Numbered from the stretch's first letter, positions 8,755 to 17,561 are shown. The stretch: 21,143 nucleotides of DNA from Desulfobacterales bacterium (GCA_046483495.1 JAWODC010000019.1:1-21143); one strand, 5' to 3'. Made by a program: numbers and translations. The notes: generated by a model not told the origin, from the letters alone.

Positions 8755-8775
8755 TTACCGGTGCTGCACCGGTAA
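8755..8775. promoter_or_regulatory. Perfect 10-1-10 inverted repeat, candidate operator
   Basis: ttaccggtgc-t-gcaccggtaa, located in the divergent intergenic region. Confidence 0.4.
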
Positions 8776-8908
8776 AATACCGTTGGGGGTCACACGGCTT
8801 TTCACTTTATGAATGCCGAAAGGTTGTAGTTGATTTGAAGACGGCAAACTGGTAAATAAACTCACTTAGACTTAGATTTAATTCAAAATAAATGTCAAGG
8901 TATATTTT

Positions 8909-8923
8909 TTGAACGTCGTTCAA
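8909..8923. promoter_or_regulatory. Perfect 7-1-7 inverted repeat, candidate repressor operator
   Basis: TTGAACG-T-CGTTCAA sits between divergent genes, 10 nt from a minus-strand TTGACA at 8893-8898. Confidence 0.5.
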
Positions 8924-9027
8924 GGTTGTGGGTGAATTAACGTTTTCCGTCCAACACCGAAATCAAACGAATCAGCCGCTTCCGGATGGGCATTTTTCCA
9001 ACTTCAAACTTTACAATAGGGGGCTTT

Positions 9028-10539
9028 ATGCGGTCAGAAATCGAAAAATTGCACTACACGCAAAACTGGGTTGCCGACTATGAGCGAAAGAAGGTTTCCG
9101 CCGAAGAGGCGGTGAGGGTGGTAAAATCCGGTGATTACGTGGTGACACCCTTGCCCGATCAGCCGTCCGTTCTGATGGAGGCTCTTGCCGCAAGAGGTTC
9201 GGAGTTAACGAACGTCACGGTCCAGATCTCAGCGTCTTCCGTGGATCCCGGCTGGTGCGAGCCCCACATGAAGGAATCATTCAACATCGTGGCCGAGCTG
9301 TTTATCGGCTCCAGGCTGCGCCCTGCCATGGACGAGAAGCGGATCACCTATCTTCCGGATTTGTTTTCGCTTCGGTATAAAGGCATCGATGAAGGGCGCC
9401 GAGCCAGTGGAAAACTCAGGGATTTTATCTTCTTCACGCCTGTTTCACCTCCCGATGAAAACGGCTTCTGCAGTTTCGGCTCGACCATGTGGAACAAGCG
9501 CAGCTATGCCAAACGGGCGCGGTACGTGATCGGCGAAATCCACCGAAACGCCATTCGCACCTACGGAACGAATTTCATCCACGTCTCGGAGATCGACTGT
9601 TTCGTCGAGCCGCCGATCGAGCCCGAACTGACCGAAGACGAGTGGAACGATATCTACAGGATGTTTCACAAGAAACCCAGAGAAGATGTCTATTCCAAGT
9701 TCAAGCTGGCCGAGTCGCGGGTGCTGCGCATTATCCTCGAGGTCGGCCGGTCCATGGGATTCGAGGCGGCGGGCGAATTCATGGCGCCGCATTTCGGGTT
9801 GGACGAGCCTTCCGAAGCGGCGATCGGCATCGCCCAAAATCTCAAGGGACTCATTCGCGACGGGTATACCGTCCAGGTCGGGGTCGGCCGGCCCAGTGTC
9901 TTCATGGTGAAGCTCGGTGTATTCAACGAGCGCAACGATCTCGGCATACACACGGAGATGGGCGCTCCGGGAATCGCCGATCTGGTGAAGCGGGGAATCG
10001 TCACGGGGAAGTACAAGACGCTGCACCCCGGTAAAGCCGTGTTCTCCACCCTTGCCGGGTGTGATGCGGAAGACATCGAATTCGCCCATCAAAACCCCGC
10101 CTTCGAGCTCTACGATTCGGATTATGTCGCCAACATCCTGACCACGGCAAAGCATGACAACATGATCAGCATCAACAACTGCCTTCAGATCGACCTCACC
10201 GGACAGATCAACTCGGAGTCCCAGTTCGGAAACCGCATGATCAACGGGCAGGGCGGCCAGACCGAACTTCATATCGGCGCCATGCTTTCAAAGGGCGGTC
10301 GGGCGATTTCACTGCTGCCGTCCACCGCCATGGGCGGGGTGTCCACCATCGTTCCCCAGCTCGATGAAGGCGCCCTGGTCACCATTCCGCGCCAGTTCGC
10401 CGACACCATCGTCACCGAGTACGGGGTGGCGCGCCTTCTGGACAAGACGCACCGCGAACGTGCCGAGGAACTGATCAACATCGCCCACCCGGACCACCGG
10501 GATTTTCTGCGTGAGGAGGCTAAGCGGATTTTTGGGTAA
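9028..10539 (+). CDS. Acetyl-CoA hydrolase/transferase family protein (4-hydroxybutyrate CoA-transferase-like)
   Basis: SAEEAVRVVKSGD, SPPDENGFCSFG, IHVSEID, DLGIHTEM (catalytic Glu), QIDLTGQ, GGQ and IVTEYGVARL...ERAEELINIAHPDHR. The start is likely the ATG at 9028 (AGGGGG SD). Confidence 0.92.
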   Translation: MRSEIEKLHYTQNWVADYERKKVSAEEAVRVVKSGDYVVTPLPDQPSVLMEALAARGSELTNVTVQISASSVDPGWCEPHMKESFNIVAELFIGSRLRPAMDEKRITYLPDLFSLRYKGIDEGRRASGKLRDFIFFTPVSPPDENGFCSFGSTMWNKRSYAKRARYVIGEIHRNAIRTYGTNFIHVSEIDCFVEPPIEPELTEDEWNDIYRMFHKKPREDVYSKFKLAESRVLRIILEVGRSMGFEAAGEFMAPHFGLDEPSEAAIGIAQNLKGLIRDGYTVQVGVGRPSVFMVKLGVFNERNDLGIHTEMGAPGIADLVKRGIVTGKYKTLHPGKAVFSTLAGCDAEDIEFAHQNPAFELYDSDYVANILTTAKHDNMISINNCLQIDLTGQINSESQFGNRMINGQGGQTELHIGAMLSKGGRAISLLPSTAMGGVSTIVPQLDEGALVTIPRQFADTIVTEYGVARLLDKTHRERAEELINIAHPDHRDFLREEAKRIFG

Positions 10540-10544
10540 AAAAC

Positions 10545-10647
10545 GGGCTATGGGTTAGGGGTTATGGGCGAGGGGCGATGAGCGATAGGCTGTGGGCGAT
10601 GGCTATGGTTCAAGCTCTGAGCCTTCAGTACCCATAACCCATAACCC
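10545..10647. repeat. Degenerate G-rich heptamer array (~9 units) with an inverted C-rich arm
   Basis: gggctat gggttag gggttat gggcgag gggcgat gagcgat aggctgt gggcgat from 10545, then cccataacccataaccc at 10631-10647. Confidence 0.9.
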
Positions 10648-10685
10648 GCCCCTTTTCTGACAATATACGATTCACGGGGGACTGC

Positions 10686-11474
10686 ATGAAAAACATATGC
10701 CGAGACTTGAAAGCCGAACACGAAGCCCTGGATGCGTTCGTATCGGATTTCGATGAAAACCAATGGATGACGATGACGCCGTCGCCGGGGTGGAACATCA
10801 AAGACCAGCTCTGCCACCTGGCCTATTTTGACGGGCGCGCCGCGCTCTCCATTATCGATCCCGGGGCCTTCAACAAGCATCTGGCCGACATCATGGCCGA
10901 CATGAACGGCTTTATCGATATGATGCAGCATTTAGGCAAAGACATGGCCCCGGCGGATGTCATCCGGTGGTGGCGGGACGAGCGAAAAAACATGCTCGAG
11001 GCCTATGCGGGGCTGCATCCAAAAGACCGCCTGGTCTGGTACGGACCCCCTATGAGCGCGCTTTCTTCTGCAACCGCCCGGCTGATGGAAACATGGGCCC
11101 ACGGCCAGGATGTTTTCGACGCCGTGAAGGTTAAACGGACGAACACCGACCGTCTTCGCCATATCGCCCACCTCGGGGTGACCACGTTTAAGTGGAGTTA
11201 CATCAACAGGGGCCTCGAAGTGCCTGAAACGGCGATACGGGTGGAACTGAGCGCACCTTCCGGTGACGTATGGACATGGGGTCCGGAAGGGGTTGCGGAT
11301 GGGATCACCGGGCCTGCCGAAGATTTTTGCCTGGTGGTGGCCCAGCGGCGTCATGTGGATGACACGCGGCTTGTCGTTACCGGTGCCGCGGCCCGGGACT
11401 GGATGGAAAAGGCCCAGTGCTTTGCCGGCCCGGCTACTGCGGGTCCCGCGGCCGGGGAGAGAATATGGGAGTAA
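10686..11474 (+). CDS. TIGR03084-type metal-binding protein (MDMPI/DinB superfamily N-domain plus wyosine-formation-like C-domain)
   Basis: DLKAEHEALD, TPSPGWNIKDQLCHLAYFD, WYGPPMSALS.ATARLMETWAHGQD, GPAEDFCLVV.QRRH and AQCFAGP. Confidence 0.85.
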   Translation: MKNICRDLKAEHEALDAFVSDFDENQWMTMTPSPGWNIKDQLCHLAYFDGRAALSIIDPGAFNKHLADIMADMNGFIDMMQHLGKDMAPADVIRWWRDERKNMLEAYAGLHPKDRLVWYGPPMSALSSATARLMETWAHGQDVFDAVKVKRTNTDRLRHIAHLGVTTFKWSYINRGLEVPETAIRVELSAPSGDVWTWGPEGVADGITGPAEDFCLVVAQRRHVDDTRLVVTGAAARDWMEKAQCFAGPATAGPAAGERIWE

Positions 11475-11480
11475 AGGGTG

Positions 11481-11504
11481 ACGATCTAAACGATCAAAAC
11501 GATC
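11481..11504. repeat. Short 9-bp period repeat between convergent genes
   Basis: acgatctaa acgatcaaa acgatc. Confidence 0.6.
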
Positions 11505-11516
11505 CCCACCCATTCC

Positions 11517-12464
11517 TCACGCATGATTACGCAACTGAAGCGCCAAAGGATGCGGATTGAGATAGGTCTGCTGCTCGAGATAATCGTTGTCGTATTTCCG
11601 TACGTAATGGTTGACCAGCGTGATCGGTACGATCAGGGGAATCTTCCCGGTGCGGTATTGTTCGAAAATTTCCAGAAGCTCCTGCTTCTCGTCCGAAGAA
11701 AGGTCTTTCTTGAAATAGCCCATCATGTGCATCAGCACGTTCGTATTTTTTTTTGCCGTGGGTTTCAGGCGCAGCGCCTTCATGAGAAGCTCTTTATAAT
11801 CCTGGTAGAGCGCTTCCATGGGCAGCGATTTGCCGCCGGCGACGAGTTTTCCCATCTGACGATGAACCGTGGGGCTGTGTGAAAGAATGAGCAGTTTATT
11901 CCGGGTATGAAAATCGATAATGCCGGCCATGGTTTTCTGTTCCTGGACAAGCCGGCGCCACCGGGCCATGGTGAAGATCTGTTCGATAAAAATTTCACGA
12001 AGCAGGGGGTCATTGAGGCGGCCTTCCTCCTCTACCGGTATCAGCGGAAAATGCTCGGTAAAGGCCTTTGCAAAGATGCCCGATCCAACACGGCCGGGCA
12101 TGCCGGATTCGGTGTAGACCTTCACCCGGAACAGTCCGCTGCTGGGCGAGTTCTTCTTGAAAATAAATCCACTGAGGTCCTCGGTTTCCAATTCCTCGAG
12201 CCGCCGACGGCACCATGCGGTCATCCGGTCGGTCAAATCGATTTTCGTATTGTGGGTCACCAGGCGGGGCCGGTCCGGGTCTCCCATAAGGCGCATGCTT
12301 TCCCGTGGAACCGGCAGCCCGCACTCGACTTCGGGACAGACCGGCACGAATGTCACATAGCGCCCCAGCGTATTGACCAGAAAATCGTCCTTCTTGTGCC
12401 CGCCGTTGTAGCGCACCGGATCTCCCAGCAGGCACCTGCTGATACCGATTTTGATCGATTGCAT
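11517..12464 (-). CDS. DUF523 + DUF1722 protein (YbbK/YbgA-like; TudS 2-thiouracil desulfidase-like N-domain)
   Basis: IGISRCLLG.PVRYNGGH, VCPEVECGLPVPRE, KKNSPSSG, EEEGRLND, NVLMHMMGYFKK and YLEQQTYLNPHP. Confidence 0.92.
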   Translation of the reverse strand: MQSIKIGISRCLLGDPVRYNGGHKKDDFLVNTLGRYVTFVPVCPEVECGLPVPRESMRLMGDPDRPRLVTHNTKIDLTDRMTAWCRRRLEELETEDLSGFIFKKNSPSSGLFRVKVYTESGMPGRVGSGIFAKAFTEHFPLIPVEEEGRLNDPLLREIFIEQIFTMARWRRLVQEQKTMAGIIDFHTRNKLLILSHSPTVHRQMGKLVAGGKSLPMEALYQDYKELLMKALRLKPTAKKNTNVLMHMMGYFKKDLSSDEKQELLEIFEQYRTGKIPLIVPITLVNHYVRKYDNDYLEQQTYLNPHPLALQLRNHA

Positions 12465-12540
12465 GGGTATAAAGGTCCAGTTCGGGTTTTTGTTTTTTTG
12501 TCTATTTTAGATAGAAGATATGGCATTTGCAAATAAAAAA

Positions 12541-12576
12541 GGGATTATGGGCTATGGGCTATGGGCTATGGGTGAT
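12541..12576. repeat. G-rich heptamer array (~5 units) in a divergent promoter region
   Basis: g-ggattat-gggctat-gggctat-gggctat-gggtgat. Confidence 0.85.
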
Positions 12577-12619
12577 GCGATCCCGGTCCCGGTTCGGCGC
12601 TTCCAAGCTCCGCCATCCA

Positions 12620-12648
12620 TTGACAACCCAACGATTCGGCTATATTTT
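12620..12648 (+). promoter_or_regulatory. Putative sigma70 promoter upstream of the epimerase-copZ-copA cluster
   Basis: TTGACA (12620-12625), N17, TATTTT (12643-12648). Confidence 0.45.
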
Positions 12649-12699
12649 TAATAGACTGAATCCATTAACTTTTATCCGGCTTTTTCGGAGGGACTGCAG

Positions 12700-13596
12700 A
12701 TGAACATTTTTATCACGGGCGCGAGCGGTTTTATCGGTACACATCTCACCCGTATGCTGCTGGATCACGGCCATGACATTACCTGTGTGGGAAGGTCCGA
12801 ACCGCATATCGGCGATCATCCGAAATGCCGCTTCATCGTCGCGGACCCCACCCGGCCCGGTGCCTGGCAGGAGGCGCTTAAAGACATGGATGCGGTTTTC
12901 AACCTGGCCGGTGCGCCGATATTCAAACGCTGGGACGAAGCCTACAAAAAGCAGCTCTTCGACAGCCGGGTGCTTACCACCCGGAATGTCGTCGAGGCGC
13001 TTCCCCAAAATAAGAGCGCCGTATTGATCAGCACTTCGGCGGTGGGGTATTACGGCCAACGGCATGACGACATTCTCATGGAAGATGAACCGCCGGGCCG
13101 TGATTTCCTGGCCATCCTTTGCAGCGAGTGGGAACGTGCGGCATATGAGGCGAAAGCCAAAGGGGTCAGGACGGTGACAACCCGCTTCGGGGTGGTGCTG
13201 GGCAACGACGGCGGTGCCTTGATGACCATGGTTCCCCTGTTCCGCCGGTTTTTGGGCGGGCCCATGGGAAAGGGTAACCATTGGTTCCCCTGGATTCACA
13301 TCGAGGACCTCTGTTCGGCCCTGTATTTTATCCTGCAGACCCCGGAAATCAAAGGGCCGGTGAACATGACAGCTCCCATTCCCATTCGCCAGCGGGCATT
13401 CGCCCGCGCATTGGGACGGCAGTTGAAGCGGCCGGCATTCATGCCCGCCCCGGCTTTTGCCGTACGTCTGGCCATGGGGGAGCTCGGCCGCTACATGATG
13501 TACAGCCAAAAGGTCATTCCCGACAAACTGATCAAACACGGCTATAAATTCAAATTCATGGAGATTCAGCCGGCACTGGAAGATCTCCTGGCGTGA
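12700..13596 (+). CDS. TIGR01777 family NAD-dependent epimerase/oxidoreductase (YfcH-like)
   Basis: ITGASGFIG Rossmann motif, NLAGAPI..RW, SAVGYYG, FLA.LC.EWE, RFGVVLG.DGGAL and WFPWIHIED. GGAGG SD. Confidence 0.93.
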   Translation: MNIFITGASGFIGTHLTRMLLDHGHDITCVGRSEPHIGDHPKCRFIVADPTRPGAWQEALKDMDAVFNLAGAPIFKRWDEAYKKQLFDSRVLTTRNVVEALPQNKSAVLISTSAVGYYGQRHDDILMEDEPPGRDFLAILCSEWERAAYEAKAKGVRTVTTRFGVVLGNDGGALMTMVPLFRRFLGGPMGKGNHWFPWIHIEDLCSALYFILQTPEIKGPVNMTAPIPIRQRAFARALGRQLKRPAFMPAPAFAVRLAMGELGRYMMYSQKVIPDKLIKHGYKFKFMEIQPALEDLLA

Positions 13597-13615
13597 AAAG
13601 CGAAAGGAAAACAAC

Positions 13616-13819
13616 ATGGAAAAAGAAACACTGAACGTCCCGAACATATCCTGCAGCCACTGCGTGAACACCATCAAAAACGAACTGTCGGAAATCGACG
13701 GGGTTAAGCAGGTCGAAGGCGACGCGGAAAAAAAGAGCGTTACCGTTGAGTGGGATTCGCCGGCGACGCTCGATAAGATCAAATCCGTGTTGGCGGAGAT
13801 TAACTACCCGGCGGGATAA
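13616..13819 (+). CDS. copZ: Copper chaperone / heavy-metal-associated domain protein
   Basis: 67-aa HMA fold with an ISCSHC metal-binding motif. AAGGA SD; upstream of copA. Confidence 0.88.
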   Translation: MEKETLNVPNISCSHCVNTIKNELSEIDGVKQVEGDAEKKSVTVEWDSPATLDKIKSVLAEINYPAG

Positions 13820-13824
13820 AATAC

Positions 13825-14049
13825 GGGCTATGGGCTATGGGCTAGGGGCGGGGCTAAACCCCGCCCGCTGACGCGGATTTTTTTTGACACGGATTTCACG
13901 GATTTCACGGTTAAAAAAGCAGATAACCCCCCCAATGATTTATGAAACCACGAAGCACGAAGGGCACGAAGATTTTTTTTAAGATATTTTTTGTTTTTCT
14001 TCGTGCTCTTCGTGAGCTACGTGGTGAGATATAAATAAAGCACCGATCC
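13825..14049. repeat. Composite intergenic repeat element between copZ and copA
   Basis: Heptamers (gggctat) at 13825-13856, a gggcgggg/ccccgccc hairpin, 9-mers (cacggattt) at 13888-13910, an inverted cacgaag array (13947-13972 vs 13998-14025), and ataaagcaccgatcc at 14035-14049, which is shared with 17421-17435. Confidence 0.85.
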
Positions 14050-14069
14050 ATCAAAAACCGGAGATCCAA

Positions 14070-16505
14070 ATGACCCAGAACAAATACTTCTTCCCCGTAA
14101 CCGGGATGACCTGCGCCAATTGCGCCGCCAATATCGAACGCGGCCTGAAAAAGCTCGGCGGCGTAGTCGATGCAAACGTCAACTTTGCCGGTGAGCGGGT
14201 GGAAGTGGCCGTGGACCCCGCCCGGACCAACCTGCACGACATTGTCGAGAAGGTCGAACACATCGGATACGGCGTACCGAAGGAGCACATCGAACTGCCC
14301 ATTACCGGGATGACCTGCGCCAACTGTGCGGCCAATATCGAAAGGGCGTTGAACCGGAAAACCCCGGGTGTTCTCGATGCCTCCGTGAATTTCGCAACCG
14401 AACGGGCCACGGTGGATTATCTCCCATCGGTCATCAGCCTTCAGGAAATCGTTTCCGCCATTCGAAAAGCCGGATACGACGCCATCATACCCGAGGAGAC
14501 GGAAGAGGCCGAAGACGCGGAAACACGGGCCAGGGAAGCCGAAATCAGCGGCCAGACACGGAAATTTCTGGTGGGCATTCTATTCACGCTACCCTTGTTC
14601 ATCATGAGCATGGCCCGGGATTTCGGCCTCACCGGCACATGGAGCCATATGCCCTGGGTCAACTGGATGTTCTGGATGCTGGCGACCCCGGTCCAGTTTT
14701 ATACGGGATGGGATTATTACGTGGGCGGCCTGAAAAGCTTGAGAAACCGTTCCGCCAACATGGATGTGCTCGTCGCCATGGGGTCCAGCACAGCGTATGT
14801 CTATTCCGTTGCGGTGTTGGCGTTCCCCATTCTGGGGCATCATGTCTACTTCGAAACATCCGCCGTGATCATCACGCTGATCAAGTTGGGGAAAATGCTC
14901 GAGGCCCGGACCAAGGGCAAAACCGGCGGGGCCATTCGAAAGCTCATGGGGCTTCGGCCCAAAACCGCCACCGTGATCGCCGACGGAAAAGAGGTCATCG
15001 TTCCCGTAAGCCGTGTCCAGGTCGGTGATCGCGTGTTCGTGCGTCCCGGAGAACGGATACCGGTGGACGGCACCGTCCATGAAGGCCGATCGGCGGTGGA
15101 CGAATCCATGCTGACCGGCGAACCGCTGCCTGCGGACAAGCAGCCCGGCGACAAAGTAGTCGGGGGGACCATCAACAAGGACGGCCTCCTGGTGTTCACT
15201 GCATCCCGCGTGGGCAAAGATACGGCCTTAGCCCAGATCATTGCGCTGGTCCAGGCGGCCCAGGGGAGCAAGGCCCCTATTCAGGCGCTTGCCGATCGTG
15301 TGGCCGCGATTTTCGTTCCCGCGGTTATCGGGATTGCGGTCGTGACCTTCGTAATATGGTGGGCGATTTCCGGTGAATTCGTCACCGCCATGATCCGGCT
15401 GGTGGCGGTGCTGGTGATTGCCTGCCCCTGCGCCTTGGGGCTTGCCACTCCTACGGCGATTATGGCCGGGACGGGGCGTGGAGCGGAAAACGGCATTCTG
15501 TTCAAAAACAGTACGGCGCTTCAAACAGCGACCAAAATCGATACCGTCGTCATGGACAAGACCGGCACGATCACCATCGGAAAACCCACGGTCGCGGGCA
15601 TTTTTCCCGCCGGCGCCTGTGATTCGGAAGCCGCCGTGCTGCGTCTTGCCGCATCTGTGGAGGCGGGCTCCGAGCATCCCGTGGGCAAAGCCATTGTCGG
15701 AGAGGCCCGAAACAGGGGGATCGATCCGGACAGGCCGGAGGCCTTTCAGGCCATCGGCGGTTCGGGCGTTCAGGCCGAGGTGGACGGGCATCGGGTCCGC
15801 GTCGGAAAGCCGGAATGGATTGAAGGCATGGGGATTTCCCTGTCCGTCGTTGCGGATCGAATTCGCGCCTGCCGTGAGGAAGGGCAGACGGCTATGGTCG
15901 TGGTGCGGGAAGAGGATGTCTGCGGCGTCGTTGCCGTGTCCGACAGCTTGAAACCGGATGCCGATGTCGCCGTCGCAGAACTCACCGGGCAGCAGTTGTC
16001 TGTGGTGATGCTTACCGGTGACAACCGGAGAGCCGCCGATGCCATGGCGCGCAAGATCGGCATTCACGACGTCCTCGCCGAAGTGATGCCGGAAGACAAG
16101 GCCGATAAAGTCAAAGAGCTGCAATCCGGGGGGCGAAAAGTGGGCATGGTCGGCGACGGGATCAACGATGCCCCTGCACTGGCCCAGGCGGATGTGGGGT
16201 TCGCCATCGGAACCGGTACGGACGTGGCGATCGAGACCGGTGACGTGGTGCTGGTGGCCGGCGATCTGGCCGGTGTCCCCAAGGCGATCCATTTAAGCCG
16301 CATCACCATGCGGACGGTAAAGCAGAATCTCTTCTGGGCGTTCATTTACAACCTCGTTCTCATCCCGGTGGCGGCAGGCGTTTTATACCCGTTTCATTTT
16401 TTTCCGATGATCCTGCGGGAGCTTCACCCCATCCTGGCTGCGCTGGCCATGGCGTTCAGCAGCGTTTCGGTGGTTACGAACAGTTTGCGGCTTTATCGGG
16501 CTTGA
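14070..16505 (+). CDS. copA: Copper-translocating P1B-1 type ATPase
   Basis: Two GMTCANC HMA domains, TGE, CPC, DKTGT, SEHP and [10 protein letters not shown], plus the YN and MAFSS Cu(I) signature residues. Confidence 0.97.
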   Translation: MTQNKYFFPVTGMTCANCAANIERGLKKLGGVVDANVNFAGERVEVAVDPARTNLHDIVEKVEHIGYGVPKEHIELPITGMTCANCAANIERALNRKTPGVLDASVNFATERATVDYLPSVISLQEIVSAIRKAGYDAIIPEETEEAEDAETRAREAEISGQTRKFLVGILFTLPLFIMSMARDFGLTGTWSHMPWVNWMFWMLATPVQFYTGWDYYVGGLKSLRNRSANMDVLVAMGSSTAYVYSVAVLAFPILGHHVYFETSAVIITLIKLGKMLEARTKGKTGGAIRKLMGLRPKTATVIADGKEVIVPVSRVQVGDRVFVRPGERIPVDGTVHEGRSAVDESMLTGEPLPADKQPGDKVVGGTINKDGLLVFTASRVGKDTALAQIIALVQAAQGSKAPIQALADRVAAIFVPAVIGIAVVTFVIWWAISGEFVTAMIRLVAVLVIACPCALGLATPTAIMAGTGRGAENGILFKNSTALQTATKIDTVVMDKTGTITIGKPTVAGIFPAGACDSEAAVLRLAASVEAGSEHPVGKAIVGEARNRGIDPDRPEAFQAIGGSGVQAEVDGHRVRVGKPEWIEGMGISLSVVADRIRACREEGQTAMVVVREEDVCGVVAVSDSLKPDADVAVAELTGQQLSVVMLTGDNRRAADAMARKIGIHDVLAEVMPEDKADKVKELQSGGRKVGMVGDGINDAPALAQADVGFAIGTGTDVAIETGDVVLVAGDLAGVPKAIHLSRITMRTVKQNLFWAFIYNLVLIPVAAGVLYPFHFFPMILRELHPILAALAMAFSSVSVVTNSLRLYRA

Positions 16506-16513
16506 GTTCCATC

Positions 16514-16903
16514 CTAATAATCCACCCCACGAACATGGCAATCGCCGCACATCACCGGCCCCTCCTCCATCGCGAAGTGGCACTCCATGCACATGTCATG
16601 AAAGGCGCGCCGCAGCCCCGGTTTTCCATTTCCGGCCTCGAGGCCGTGGCAATCCCCGCAGTACTGATCCTCCGAGGATTCGTCCTCCACTTTTTCTCCG
16701 TCGACGAAAACGTGATGGCACGTGCTGCAATTATCGATGCCGGCGTATTCATGCGCCTCGTGCGGGAAAACGACCGGGGGGCGATTCCGGTGCGAAAAGG
16801 CCGGGCTTTCGATGAGGACATCATCCTGTCCGGCGGCAGGTGTAGCGGCGTACAGCAGAAGACAACTCGAAATCAGCGTCACCCGGATTGCGTTGCGGAT
16901 CAT
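16514..16903 (-). CDS. tmcA: Acidic tetraheme cytochrome c3 (type II), Tmc complex subunit A
   Basis: Signal peptide, FPHEAH distal histidines and four CxxCH motifs (CSTCHH, CGDCH, CMECH, CGDCH). Acidic, and co-oriented with tmcBCD. The start is ATG 16903 or GTG 16909. Confidence 0.85.
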   Translation of the reverse strand: MIRNAIRVTLISSCLLLYAATPAAGQDDVLIESPAFSHRNRPPVVFPHEAHEYAGIDNCSTCHHVFVDGEKVEDESSEDQYCGDCHGLEAGNGKPGLRRAFHDMCMECHFAMEEGPVMCGDCHVRGVDY

Positions 16904-16917
16904 TGTCACCCCGTTGT

Positions 16918-17561
16918 TGAATCGTGAATCGTGAATCGTGAACAGACGCTGTTTTTTTGGATCAGAAACCGCATCCGCAGAGGCGGGGATGATACCCGCC
17001 CGCTGATGCGGGATCTTTTTGACACGGATTTCACGGTCTTAAAAAAATTATCGGATCGGTGCTTTGTTGTATGTTTCACCATGTTTTCTATTTCACCTCG
17101 AAGAGCACGAAGGACACGAAGAAAAAACAAAATAAAAAAAGTGGATCGGGTCTTAATTCCCCCCCCCATCCCGGCCTTCCGCCCTCCAGGGGGGAAGGGG
17201 ACATGTTGCGCAGGAGGGTATATGGATCTTTATGGCTGATTTTGAATATAAATTGATTTACCGCTCGCTTCGCTCACGATAAATGAAAATAGTTGCTTAC
17301 GAATCTACACGAATGTTAACTGCTTCCGCTTGGATGATCGCCTATGCGGGTGGCCCGCTGCGCCGGGCCATTTTTTTTGCTGTAAGCAAAAAAACCTTCG
17401 TGTTCGTGGTGAACTATAAGATAAAGCACCGATCCTTTTATTGCTCTTAAAACCGTGGGATCCGTGTCTAAAATAATTTATCCGTGTCAGCGGGCGGGGG
17501 TCAACCCCGCCTGCTTTAACACTAATCCACCGCGAAGGCTCTGTTCACTGTTCACTGTTCA
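16918..17561. repeat. Nested palindromic (MITE/REPIN-like) non-coding insert in the tmcB-tmcA gap
   Basis: Outer inverted heptamer arrays (16918-16945 and 17541-17561), inner ~100-bp imperfect inverted repeats (16981-17081 and 17407-17512), and an internal reverse copy of the 494-619 unit (17154-17280). Confidence 0.8.
17351..17378 (+). terminator. Intrinsic terminator-like hairpin, antisense to tmc
   Basis: tggcccg-ctgcgc-cgggcca followed by T8. Confidence 0.45.

Noticed and set aside
16906..17256. Short ORFs in the tmcB-tmcA insert as a transposase or cargo gene
   Set aside because: They are low-complexity translations of the repeat modules, with no DDE, HUH or nuclease motifs and no SD.
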